From: Minisyncoccota bacterium
GTDB taxonomy: Bacteria; Patescibacteriota; Minisyncoccia; UBA6257; 2-01-FULL-56-20
Assembly: GCA_035510235.1 (NCBI GenBank)
Contig: DATKHM010000047.1
Location: forward strand, 1-29,052
Reading direction: 5' to 3'
DNA length: 29,052 nucleotides
Part shown: positions 1 through 7,633 of the stretch, piece after piece
How positions within the stretch are numbered: the stretch's first letter is position 1
Layout: each line of letters begins with the position of its first letter
The notes under the pieces: generated by a model
Database searches by the model: none
What the model saw: only the letters and a program-made list of their open reading frames with translations
Told to the model about the DNA's origin: nothing
Translations under genes and position numbers: made by a program

Positions 1-116
1 CGCGCCGCTTGGGCGCATGTAAAGATTTTTAGTTGCCGAGATGCAAAACTACGGGATTAGCATAACACTTTAAGTACCCATCCGTCAATCTCCGTTGAAA
101 TATCGCTGCCATCGGC

Positions 117-145
117 TTGAACAGCGCCTTTTTACGGGGTATCAT
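117..145 (+). promoter_or_regulatory. sigma70-type promoter of pilB/gspE
   Basis: TTGAAC(117-122)-N17-TATCAT(140-145), 8 nt before ATG 154; no SD. Confidence 0.6.
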
Positions 146-153
146 CATAGCAA

Positions 154-1830
154 ATGCTCGATGCGCCTCAGAACGATCTCAAAGAAAAGCTTGCAAAGCT
201 CCATCGTGACGGCGAGGAGCGCGCCGCAGAGCGGCTTGCGGAGAAACTCGGCCTTTCGTATGTGGACCTGGCAAAGATCCCCATATCGCTCGATGCGGTG
301 AGGATCCTTCCGGAAAGCGAGGCAAAGGACGCGAAAGTTGCGACTATCGAGTTGAAGTCAAATAAGGTGGCGCTCGCGACGATCGATCCTGATCTTCCGG
401 CGACAAAAAAGATCGTGGAAGAGCTGGCGGAGAAAAAATATGAAGTGAAGGTGGTTGTCGTTTCGTCATCGAGCATGGAAGCCGCGTGGCACTTCTATCA
501 GTTCATCAAGCCCGAATCGGAGACGATCACGGGGAAGGTAAGCATCGCCGAGGATCGCCTCGGCGCGCTGAAGGCGCGACTCGTCACGATCGACGCCGTA
601 CACAAAGAGATCGCCTCGCTCCCGCTCGCGAACGTGTCGCCGGTCGCGCTTATTGAAGTAATTCTCGCTGGTGCGATGGGATTGCGCGCGTCGGACATCC
701 ACACCGAGGCGGGCGAGAAGAAGGCAAAGATACGCTTTCGCGTTGACGGGTTACTGCACGACATCTTTGACGATATCCCGCTCGACACCTATCACACATT
801 CGTGTCGCGCATCAAATTGCTTTCCGCGATGAAGTTGAACGTGCGCGATGCGGCGCAGGACGGGCGATTTACGATCAGCCTCGGCGATAAAGACATCGAG
901 ATGCGCGTGTCCGTTATCCCCGCCGAGTTCGGCGAGACGATCGTGATGAGAATTCTCGATCCGTCGGCCACGATGGTCGGACTGCCGGATCTCGGCCTGC
1001 GCGAAGACAATCTTGAGATCGTCAAGAAGCAACTTGCAAAGCCCAACGGGTTGATATTGAATACCGGTCCGACCGGTTCAGGAAAAACGACCACGCTGTA
1101 TGCGTTCCTGCGCGCCATGAATGATCCGACGATGAAGATCATCACACTCGAAGATCCCATCGAATACCGCATTGAAGGCATTGAGCAGACGCAGGTGGAC
1201 GAAGAATCCGGCTATACCTTTGCAAACGGCCTGCGTGCGATCGTGCGGCAGGACCCGGATGTGATACTCGTGGGCGAGGTCCGCGATCTTGAGACGGCAG
1301 ATATCGCGTTGCAGGCGGCACTTACCGGACATTTGGTACTTTCGACGTTACACACGAACGACGCGGTGGGCGCGGTGCCGCGCCTGATCAATCTTGGCGT
1401 GAAGGCGGTGAGCATCGGGCCCGCGCTCTCGCTTGCGATCGCGCAACGCCTGGTGCGCGTGCTCTGCAAGGAATGCAAAAAAATTGCCGATGTGGACGCG
1501 CCCACCGCGGAGAAGATAAAAAAATTTCTTGCGGCACTACCTACCAAGGTTGATAAAACGAAATATGACGGCTATAAGATCTACGCTCCGGTGGGATGTG
1601 AAAAATGCAATGGCATTGGATATAAAGGCCGCATCGGAGTGTTTGAATTTTTGCAGGGCGGCGGCGATTTAGAAAAAACAATTTTGCGTGAGGCGTCCGA
1701 AGTCGCTTTGCGCGAAGTGGCGCAACGCCAGGAAATGGTCACCATGCAGCAGGACGGCATCCTGAAAGTGTTGTTAGGCCAGACGACGTTCGATGAAGTG
1801 ACGAGTGCGACCGGAGATCTCGTGTGGTAG
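154..1830 (+). CDS. pilB: Type IV pilus/T2SS assembly ATPase (PilB/GspE family), 558 aa
   Basis: Walker A GPTGSGKT, Asp box TLEDPIEY, Walker B RQDPDVILVGE, His box GHLVLSTLHTN, tetracysteine CKEC...CEKC; PilB versus GspE not resolvable from sequence alone. Confidence 0.88.
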   Translation: MLDAPQNDLKEKLAKLHRDGEERAAERLAEKLGLSYVDLAKIPISLDAVRILPESEAKDAKVATIELKSNKVALATIDPDLPATKKIVEELAEKKYEVKVVVVSSSSMEAAWHFYQFIKPESETITGKVSIAEDRLGALKARLVTIDAVHKEIASLPLANVSPVALIEVILAGAMGLRASDIHTEAGEKKAKIRFRVDGLLHDIFDDIPLDTYHTFVSRIKLLSAMKLNVRDAAQDGRFTISLGDKDIEMRVSVIPAEFGETIVMRILDPSATMVGLPDLGLREDNLEIVKKQLAKPNGLILNTGPTGSGKTTTLYAFLRAMNDPTMKIITLEDPIEYRIEGIEQTQVDEESGYTFANGLRAIVRQDPDVILVGEVRDLETADIALQAALTGHLVLSTLHTNDAVGAVPRLINLGVKAVSIGPALSLAIAQRLVRVLCKECKKIADVDAPTAEKIKKFLAALPTKVDKTKYDGYKIYAPVGCEKCNGIGYKGRIGVFEFLQGGGDLEKTILREASEVALREVAQRQEMVTMQQDGILKVLLGQTTFDEVTSATGDLVW

Positions 1831-1894
1831 TTGTAGATTGCGTTCTCGCCTCCTGAGGAGTGATAGTTCGGCGAGAACGCAATCTACAACTACC
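1826..1894. repeat. 25-bp perfect palindrome around a conserved 19-nt loop (core family A, copy 1)
   Basis: Arms GGTAGTTGTAGATTGCGTTCTCGCC (1826-1850) and its exact reverse complement (1870-1894); loop TCCTGAGGAGTGATAGTTC, similar to 17272-17290. Confidence 0.9.
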
Positions 1895-1912
1895 CCCCGC
1901 TCTTTGTAAGAT

Positions 1913-1939
1913 AAAAAAATAAGCCCGAAGGCTTATTTT
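1913..1939 (-). terminator. Intrinsic terminator, strongest on minus strand, probably bidirectional
   Basis: Minus strand AAAATAAGCC-TTCG-GGCTTATTTTTTT: 10-bp stem, C(UUCG)G tetraloop, U7 tail. Confidence 0.8.
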
Positions 1940-2147
1940 CAGAAAAGTAGTAGACTCAGACCTGGGGGCAATTCCTCGCGAAAGGATAATGATCTCTTCT
2001 ATCTAATGATAAAAGAGGCTAGAATTACTCAAAGGAGCGAACCAGCCGGAACCGGTGCGTCCTGTAGTTTTTAGAAATAACTCCCGCCCCCAGATCTGAA
2101 TCAGCTACTTTCAATGGACTTGCTAACATCTCTTGTTTATTGAGTAC
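1913..2147 (-). ncRNA. Structured ncRNA, family unassigned (6S RNA is the best guess)
   Basis: Extended -10 TGcTAAGAT (minus, 2162-2154); about 27-bp terminal stem 2086-2112/1943-1969; internal hairpins CTCTTTTATC-ATTA-GATAGAAGAG and TCCTT-TCGC-GAGGA; most irregular pairs are G:U on the minus strand only; ends at a UUCG terminator; no ORF in the track. Confidence 0.6.
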
Positions 2148-2175
2148 TGGGATATCTTAGCATATAGAATATTAT

Positions 2176-3207
2176 TTGTCAAGCCCAGCAATCCGCACAA
2201 AACCCATGCCCAAAACGCCCCCTCCCAACAACAAAGACGATCAGAATATCGACCTTACTCTCCGACCCACCGAGTGGGACGAATACATCGGTCAGGAAAA
2301 GATCAAAGATAATTTGAAAACGATCTTGAGCGCCGCAAAAAAGCGCGGCGAGGTCGCCGACCATCTTTTATTCTCCGGGCCGGCCGGATTGGGGAAGACG
2401 ACGCTTGCGTATCTTGTTGCGCGCGAGCTCGGCGGCATGATCAAGACGACGTCCGGCCCCGCTTTGGAAAAAGCGGGCGACCTCGCCGCGGTGCTCACCA
2501 ATCTTTCGCCCGGAGAAATTCTTTTTATCGATGAAGCGCATCGCGTGAATCCGATGATCGAAGAAGTGCTGTATCCGGCGATGGAAGCGCGCAAGTTGCA
2601 TCTTGTGGTCGGCAAGGGGCCGTCGGCGCGGACGCTCAGTCTCGACCTCCCGCCATTCACCCTCATCGCCGCAACGACGCGCGAGAATCTTTTGTCGCAG
2701 CCGTTGCGCTCACGCTTCGGTGCAACTTTGCGACTGGGCTACTACACGCCGGAGGATATTAAGAAAATATTAAAGCGCTCTGCCACGATTTTGCATGTGG
2801 AGGCGTTGCCGGAGGCGATCGATGTTCTCTCTCGCGCCGCGCGCGGAACCCCGCGTGTCGCCAATCGTCTCCTGCGCCGCGCACGCGACTTTGCCGAAGT
2901 GCATGGCGAGAACGTGATCGACGAGGACGCCGCGCGAAAGACGCTCGCGATGCTCGAGATCGACGAGGTGGGACTCGAGCCCCAGGATCGCGAGCTCCTC
3001 ATGACGATCATTGAAAAGTTCCACGGCGGACCGGTCGGCATCAATACCATTGCCGCCGCGCTCTCACAGGACCGCGGCGTCATTGAGGATATCTACGAGC
3101 CATATCTTATGACGCTTGGTTTTTTGCAGCGCTCTTCCGCAGGGCGGATCGTTTTGCCTGCGGCCTATCGGCACTTGAAGATAAAAGGATACGAGGAATT
3201 ATTTTAG
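2176..3207 (+). CDS. ruvB: Holliday junction branch migration helicase RuvB
   Basis: LRPTEWDEYIGQ, Walker A GPAGLGKT, SGPALEK, LFIDEAHR, RGTPRVANRLL; start TTG 2176 (5 nt after TAGAAT) or ATG 2206. Confidence 0.95.
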   Translation: MSSPAIRTKPMPKTPPPNNKDDQNIDLTLRPTEWDEYIGQEKIKDNLKTILSAAKKRGEVADHLLFSGPAGLGKTTLAYLVARELGGMIKTTSGPALEKAGDLAAVLTNLSPGEILFIDEAHRVNPMIEEVLYPAMEARKLHLVVGKGPSARTLSLDLPPFTLIAATTRENLLSQPLRSRFGATLRLGYYTPEDIKKILKRSATILHVEALPEAIDVLSRAARGTPRVANRLLRRARDFAEVHGENVIDEDAARKTLAMLEIDEVGLEPQDRELLMTIIEKFHGGPVGINTIAAALSQDRGVIEDIYEPYLMTLGFLQRSSAGRIVLPAAYRHLKIKGYEELF

Positions 3208-3260
3208 CGATAGACGGTTTTCCCCAGCCACTCCCTATTGGGATTTGATAGACTTAGGGC

Positions 3261-3476
3261 ATGAGTTCGGTAGTCCAAGACTTTACCTCCGAAGAGCCGC
3301 GTACGTTCCGCTTTAAGATCGGGCGGCTTCTGGCATCCTCCCTGTCCGGCTTCATCGCCGGCGTGATCGTGGCGAGCATCATATGGTTTATCGGGGTTTG
3401 GTACGTAAACCAAATACAGAAGGCTCCTCCGCATAATCCTGTGGTAATCGCATCTCTCCCTGACGCGGGGCGCTAG
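3261..3476 (+). CDS. Small single-pass membrane protein, 71 aa, unknown function
   Basis: One hydrophobic segment (LLASSLSGFIAGVIVASIIWFIGVWY); TAGACT-N6-ATG matches the leaderless pattern of neighbouring genes. Confidence 0.6.
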   Translation: MSSVVQDFTSEEPRTFRFKIGRLLASSLSGFIAGVIVASIIWFIGVWYVNQIQKAPPHNPVVIASLPDAGR

Positions 3477-3516
3477 CAGTCATTCGTGGCTAAGGGATAA
3501 GATCCTTCGAATGTTG

Positions 3517-3543
3517 GTGCGCACTCCCTCCTGCGCACGTTTT
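3517..3543 (+). terminator. Possible intrinsic terminator
   Basis: GTGCGCA-N8-TGCGCAC followed by GTTTT and a T-rich tract. Confidence 0.4.
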
Positions 3544-3579
3544 AGATTTTTTTAATCCGGCAAGCGCTATCCTTGGGGC

Positions 3580-4151
3580 ATGCTCTATATTAATGAGTGG
3601 TTTCCGAATCCCGTCGGCAATGACGCGACGGGGGAGTTTGTAGAATTCTATAATAGCGGCGCGACCGCCGTGAAGCTCGACGGCTACTCACTAGGCGACG
3701 GCGCCAAAAAGAAATTTTCTCTTGCCGATTACAACATCGCACCCAACGGCTATCTGCTCTTAAAAAAATCCCAAACCTGACTTTGAAAAACACCGACGGG
3801 GCATTATTGTTATATGGTCCGGACGGGCAGGTCGTGGATCAGGCAAACTTCGTTGGCGCGGCGCCCGAAGGGAAAAGTTTTTCGCGCATGGACTACGGCA
3901 CGGCGCCAATCGGACATTTTGCCTTTGTGTATCCCACGCCCGGCGCGGTGAACAAGACGATCGACACCGCAGTGTCAGTGCAAGTGTATCCGCTCGGCGT
4001 TTCGCTGTCGCGTGAGCTCTCGCCCGGCGCATTCATGGGGCTTACCCTCGGTGTCGCATCATTTTTTCTTTTATTCTCTATTTATGTCATTAAAAAAAAT
4101 CGAAACATATCGAACTTCTTCTTCGGAGGAGACGAGAAAGCTGGGATATAA
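3580..4151 (+). pseudogene. Lamin-tail-domain (LTD) membrane protein split by a frameshift near 3765-3780
   Basis: ORF 3580-3780 has the LTD start INEWFPNP..GEFVEFYN..L.GY.L; ORF 3783-4151 continues the domain (LKNTDGALLLYGPDGQVVDQ...PTPG) plus a TM helix in the -1 frame; TATCCT-N6-ATG. Confidence 0.7.
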
Positions 4152-4581
4152 CATTGCCCGTTCTCTCCTGAATGGCGGTGCGGCAAAGCCCATGGCGGCG
4201 GTGCTGGCGCTCCAAGGTGATCTCGGCGCCGGAAAGACCACTTTTGTGCAAGGATTTTTAAAGGGATTGGGATCAAAGAGGCGCGTGACGAGTCCGACGT
4301 TTGTGCTGATGCGACGCCATAAAGTCCCCGGAGGAAAATTTTCAGACGTTTTTCATATTGATGCATACCGTTTAAAAAAACCGGAGCATCTGGCGGCGCT
4401 CACACTCGATGTTATTCTTAGTGGGCCGCGCAATGTCGTGTTGATTGAATGGCCGGAACTGGCAAAGCGGTTTCTTCCGAAAAATACAATATGGTTGAAG
4501 TTCGCGCATGGCAAAAAAGAGAACGAACGGACGATCACAGTAGTACGCCCGGCGCTCATGCGGCAGCCGCGCGCAAAATAA
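4084..4581 (+). CDS. tsaE: tRNA threonylcarbamoyladenosine biosynthesis ATPase TsaE
   Basis: [33 protein letters not shown]; ATG 4084 preferred over the track start 4012. Confidence 0.93.
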   Translation: MSLKKIETYRTSSSEETRKLGYNIARSLLNGGAAKPMAAVLALQGDLGAGKTTFVQGFLKGLGSKRRVTSPTFVLMRRHKVPGGKFSDVFHIDAYRLKKPEHLAALTLDVILSGPRNVVLIEWPELAKRFLPKNTIWLKFAHGKKENERTITVVRPALMRQPRAK

Positions 4582-4585
4582 AAAA

Positions 4586-5557
4586 ATGAAAAGACTATTA
4601 CTTATCGACGCGAACTCCATTATCCACCGATCATTCCATGCCCTGCCGCCCTTCACCACGCCGGAAGGGAAGCCGTCGGGTGCCATTTACGGCATCGCGA
4701 GCATTCTGCTCAAGCTGTGGCGCGAGGAGCGGCCAGATTACGCCGCCGCGCTTTTTGACCGTCCGGAGCCCACGTTCCGCGACGAGAAATATGCGGAGTA
4801 CAAGGCCCAGCGCCCACCCACTGCGGATGAGCTTATTACGCAAATAATCGAGGCGCATAAATTATTCGACGCATTCGGCATAAAGACATTTGAGTGCGTG
4901 GGTTACGAAGCTGACGATCTTATCGCCACACTCGCGGAAAAATTCAAAGCATTGCCGGACGTGCAGGTGGTCATCCTGACCGGCGACCGTGACACCCTGC
5001 AAATGGTGGAGGGGGATAAGCTCGTCGTGCAAACATTCAACAAGGGCGTGAGCGACACGACGGTCTATAACGAGGCGGCGGTGATAGAAAAATATGGCAT
5101 CGCGCCCCGCCAGATGGTTGATTACAAAGCGCTGGTCGGCGATTCGTCCGACAACATCAAGGGTGTCCCTGGCGTGGGACCGAAGACCGCGCTCGAGTTG
5201 ATAAAAAGATTTGGCACGGTGAAGGAGATGTACCGGCAGTTGGACGGCGAAAGCCCGGGGGCGGATGAAGATGCCTCGCTTAAAAAACTCCGTGAGAAAT
5301 TCGGCGCGTTCAAAAAAGAGGCAGAGCTTTCGGAAATGCTCGTGACGCTCGAACGCCACGCGCCGATCGAGATTCCCGCCATCGAGGACCTCGTGCCGTT
5401 TAAAGACACAAGCGCCGCCGCAGTATATTTTGAAAAAATGGGATTCGCTACGTTATTGAAGCGTATTCTTATGCCCGCGGGCGAAGAAAATTCCGCAACC
5501 TCCACCAAAGCCAGGGCGAAATCCAAGCCCCGCGACAGTCAAGCATCGCTCTTTTAG
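4586..5557 (+). CDS. Stand-alone 5'-3' exonuclease/flap endonuclease (PolA N-terminal domain only), 323 aa
   Basis: LIDANSIIHRSFHA, FD..TFR, YKAQR, YEADDLIATLA, TGDRD, GDSSDNIKGVPGVGPKTA; no polymerase domain. Confidence 0.9.
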   Translation: MKRLLLIDANSIIHRSFHALPPFTTPEGKPSGAIYGIASILLKLWREERPDYAAALFDRPEPTFRDEKYAEYKAQRPPTADELITQIIEAHKLFDAFGIKTFECVGYEADDLIATLAEKFKALPDVQVVILTGDRDTLQMVEGDKLVVQTFNKGVSDTTVYNEAAVIEKYGIAPRQMVDYKALVGDSSDNIKGVPGVGPKTALELIKRFGTVKEMYRQLDGESPGADEDASLKKLREKFGAFKKEAELSEMLVTLERHAPIEIPAIEDLVPFKDTSAAAVYFEKMGFATLLKRILMPAGEENSATSTKARAKSKPRDSQASLF

Positions 5558-5595
5558 GACTGCTGCGCGTGGTATAGTGGTATAATAGAGGAACA

Positions 5596-6930
5596 TTGAA
5601 GAATCAAACCTCAAAGCTAAAAGACGTCATCCGATGGCCTGAGTTTCAGGTCGTGTGGGGTTTGCTTATCGCCGTCATCGTAGAAGCCATTTTGAATTTC
5701 TTCGTGCATGGGTCGTGGGTCCCGTACGCCGACGGCGCTCTGCTCTTGGTCGTTTTTGTTCTATCTGCCGCAAGCGTCTACTATTCCGCAAAGACCGATC
5801 GCGACACGAGCGTCACGCGCAACGAATTGAAAAGCATTTTGGGCAGCCTCGGCGATGCGCTCATCGTATACGAAGCGGACTTCCGCGTGATATTTTTTAA
5901 TCCCGCAGCGGAGCGCATCTTCAAGTTGGATGCTAAAGCGGTGCTCGGCCATGTCTTCTCTCCGCGCGACGTGGAGCGGGATGGATGGCGGACGCTCATT
6001 CAGATCGTGTTCCCGTCGCTTGCGCCGCGCGTCGTCCCGCGCAGCAAAGAAGGCGAGTATCCCCAGGTCGTGGACATCTCATTCACCGATCCAGCGCTTG
6101 AGTTTCGTGTGACGACCGCGCCGGTGACCGACGAGCACGGCAACCCGCTCGCATTCATGAAGATCATTCAGGATCGGACGCCACAAATACTTGCACTGCG
6201 CTCCAAGAGCGAATTCGTGACGGTCGCCTCGCATCAATTGCGTGGGCCGGTGACGGATATCAGCTGGGCGTTGCAGTCGCTTTCAGGTATCACCGGGCTG
6301 GACGAGACCAATAAAGCGATTCTTGACCATGCGCTTGCGGCAAGCCAGAGCCTTTTGCGCCGCATTGAAGATCTTTTGGATATCGCAAAAATGGAAGACG
6401 GGCAGTTTGGATATAAATTTGAGGACACGGACATTTCCGATTTCATCGTGAAGGTGTTGTCGGACGTTTTGCCGGCTGCCCAGAAGGCCGGGGTCAAAAT
6501 ATACTTCGACCGTCCGTCGGAAGCCTTGCCGCACGTTATGATCGACCCTCGCCGGCTTACCCTCGCGGTCACGAATCTTCTTGAGAATGCTGTTCGCTAT
6601 AACGTGGAGAACGGGGAAGTAACGGTAAGGGTGGATAAGATGCAGGATAAGCCGTTCGTCGTGGTAAGCGTGAAGGATACCGGGATCGGTATCCCTCCGG
6701 AGGCTATGGAAAAGCTTTTCAATAAATTCTATCGGGCCGACAATGCCCTCAAGCGGGAGACCGAAGGCTCCGGGCTCGGTCTCTACATTGCAAAAGGCAT
6801 CGTGAATGCCCATGGGGGGCAGATTTGGGCCCAATCCGAACTCAATCGGGGCACCACGATCTCGTTCGCGTTGCCGACCGACCCGAACTTGGTGCCGAAG
6901 ACCGAGACGGGCGGGGAGGATTATTTCTAG
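5596..6930 (+). CDS. PAS-domain sensor histidine kinase (two N-terminal TMs); no response regulator adjacent
   Basis: H-box ASHQLRGP, N-box NLLENAVRY, G1 DTGIGI, G2 GSGLGL; PAS-like NPAAERIF; TATAAT-N9-TTG. Confidence 0.9.
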   Translation: MKNQTSKLKDVIRWPEFQVVWGLLIAVIVEAILNFFVHGSWVPYADGALLLVVFVLSAASVYYSAKTDRDTSVTRNELKSILGSLGDALIVYEADFRVIFFNPAAERIFKLDAKAVLGHVFSPRDVERDGWRTLIQIVFPSLAPRVVPRSKEGEYPQVVDISFTDPALEFRVTTAPVTDEHGNPLAFMKIIQDRTPQILALRSKSEFVTVASHQLRGPVTDISWALQSLSGITGLDETNKAILDHALAASQSLLRRIEDLLDIAKMEDGQFGYKFEDTDISDFIVKVLSDVLPAAQKAGVKIYFDRPSEALPHVMIDPRRLTLAVTNLLENAVRYNVENGEVTVRVDKMQDKPFVVVSVKDTGIGIPPEAMEKLFNKFYRADNALKRETEGSGLGLYIAKGIVNAHGGQIWAQSELNRGTTISFALPTDPNLVPKTETGGEDYF

Positions 6931-6932
6931 GG

Positions 6933-7436
6933 ATGATTAAGGAGTCACAAGAGAAATATTTGTCGACCCTGCCTGATGGTAAAATGACCGTGGTTGCACC
7001 GTTCAATCCAAAGTCGCAGGAAGTGGCAAAGGGGATTGTCGATGAGCTAAAAAAGATCATGCCGGAATTAATGATCCATTTTGGTGGTGCGACTGCGCTT
7101 GGTATTGCTGGACAAAATGATATCGATATCAATATTCTAGCCACGCCGGAAGAATATGATAAATATACGCCGATCATAGAAAAGATTTTTGGCGAGCCTA
7201 AAACAAGGGGAGCATCAGTTAAATGGGAATTTACTAGGAGTGGTTTTGAGGTTGAATTATATCTGACAGATAAGAATTCCCCAAACCTTCAAAGCCAACT
7301 TCGCATTTTCCAAATATTATCCCAAGATAAAGGCTTAAGAGATGAATATGAGCGGGTCAAATTGCCTTACGGATCAATAGATTTCAAGGAATATATGCGT
7401 AAAAAATATGAGTTTTTCAACAAAATATTGCCGTAG
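6933..7436 (+). CDS. GrpB (UPF0157)-like nucleotidyltransferase-fold protein, 167 aa
   Basis: VVAPFNP, IHFGGATALGIAGQNDIDI (NTase GS...DxD-like), LRDEYERVK, Y..KK..FF; ATG 6933 is 2 nt after the kinase stop; AT-rich relative to neighbours. Confidence 0.7.
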   Translation: MIKESQEKYLSTLPDGKMTVVAPFNPKSQEVAKGIVDELKKIMPELMIHFGGATALGIAGQNDIDINILATPEEYDKYTPIIEKIFGEPKTRGASVKWEFTRSGFEVELYLTDKNSPNLQSQLRIFQILSQDKGLRDEYERVKLPYGSIDFKEYMRKKYEFFNKILP

Positions 7437-7481
7437 CCTTTCAGGGAGTATTCCCCTCTTTATAAACTATTAAAACAAGTA

Positions 7482-7599
7482 GGCAAAGGGAGGAAACATA
7501 GCTTTTCGGGGTATGCCGGAGGCGCGAAGGCGCCGAGGCGTAGCGATTTTTCAGCAGAAAAATACGCGACCCCGAAAAGCTATGTTTCCTCCCTTTGCC
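7482..7599. repeat. 31-bp perfect palindrome enclosing a 56-nt two-hairpin core
   Basis: GGCAAAGGGAGGAAACATAGCTTTTCGGGGT (7482-7512) and exact reverse complement (7569-7599); inner GGCGC-GAAG-GCGCC and GCGT(AGCG)ATTTTTC-AGCA-GAAAAATACGC. Confidence 0.9.
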
Positions 7600-7633
7600 C
7601 TTGCAATACGAATCGTGTACACTGGTATACGAA

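Noticed and set aside
1-18. Possible minus-strand gene start (ATG at 18, MRPSGA)
   Set aside because: Only six codons are visible; cannot be supported.
1851-1875. Hammerhead ribozyme (CTGAGGA resembles CUGANGA)
   Set aside because: No GAAA or stem III, and the second copy lacks CTGA.
1913-2147. RNase P RNA or SRP RNA
   Set aside because: No GAGGAAAGUCC or ACAGAA...GGCUUA context with P2/P3, and no SRP helix-8 GGAA/AGCAG motif.
3778-3780. TGA-to-Gly recoding (code 25) explaining the LTD stop
   Set aside because: The continuation is in another frame, and holA, the beta-CASP gene and UDG end normally in TGA.
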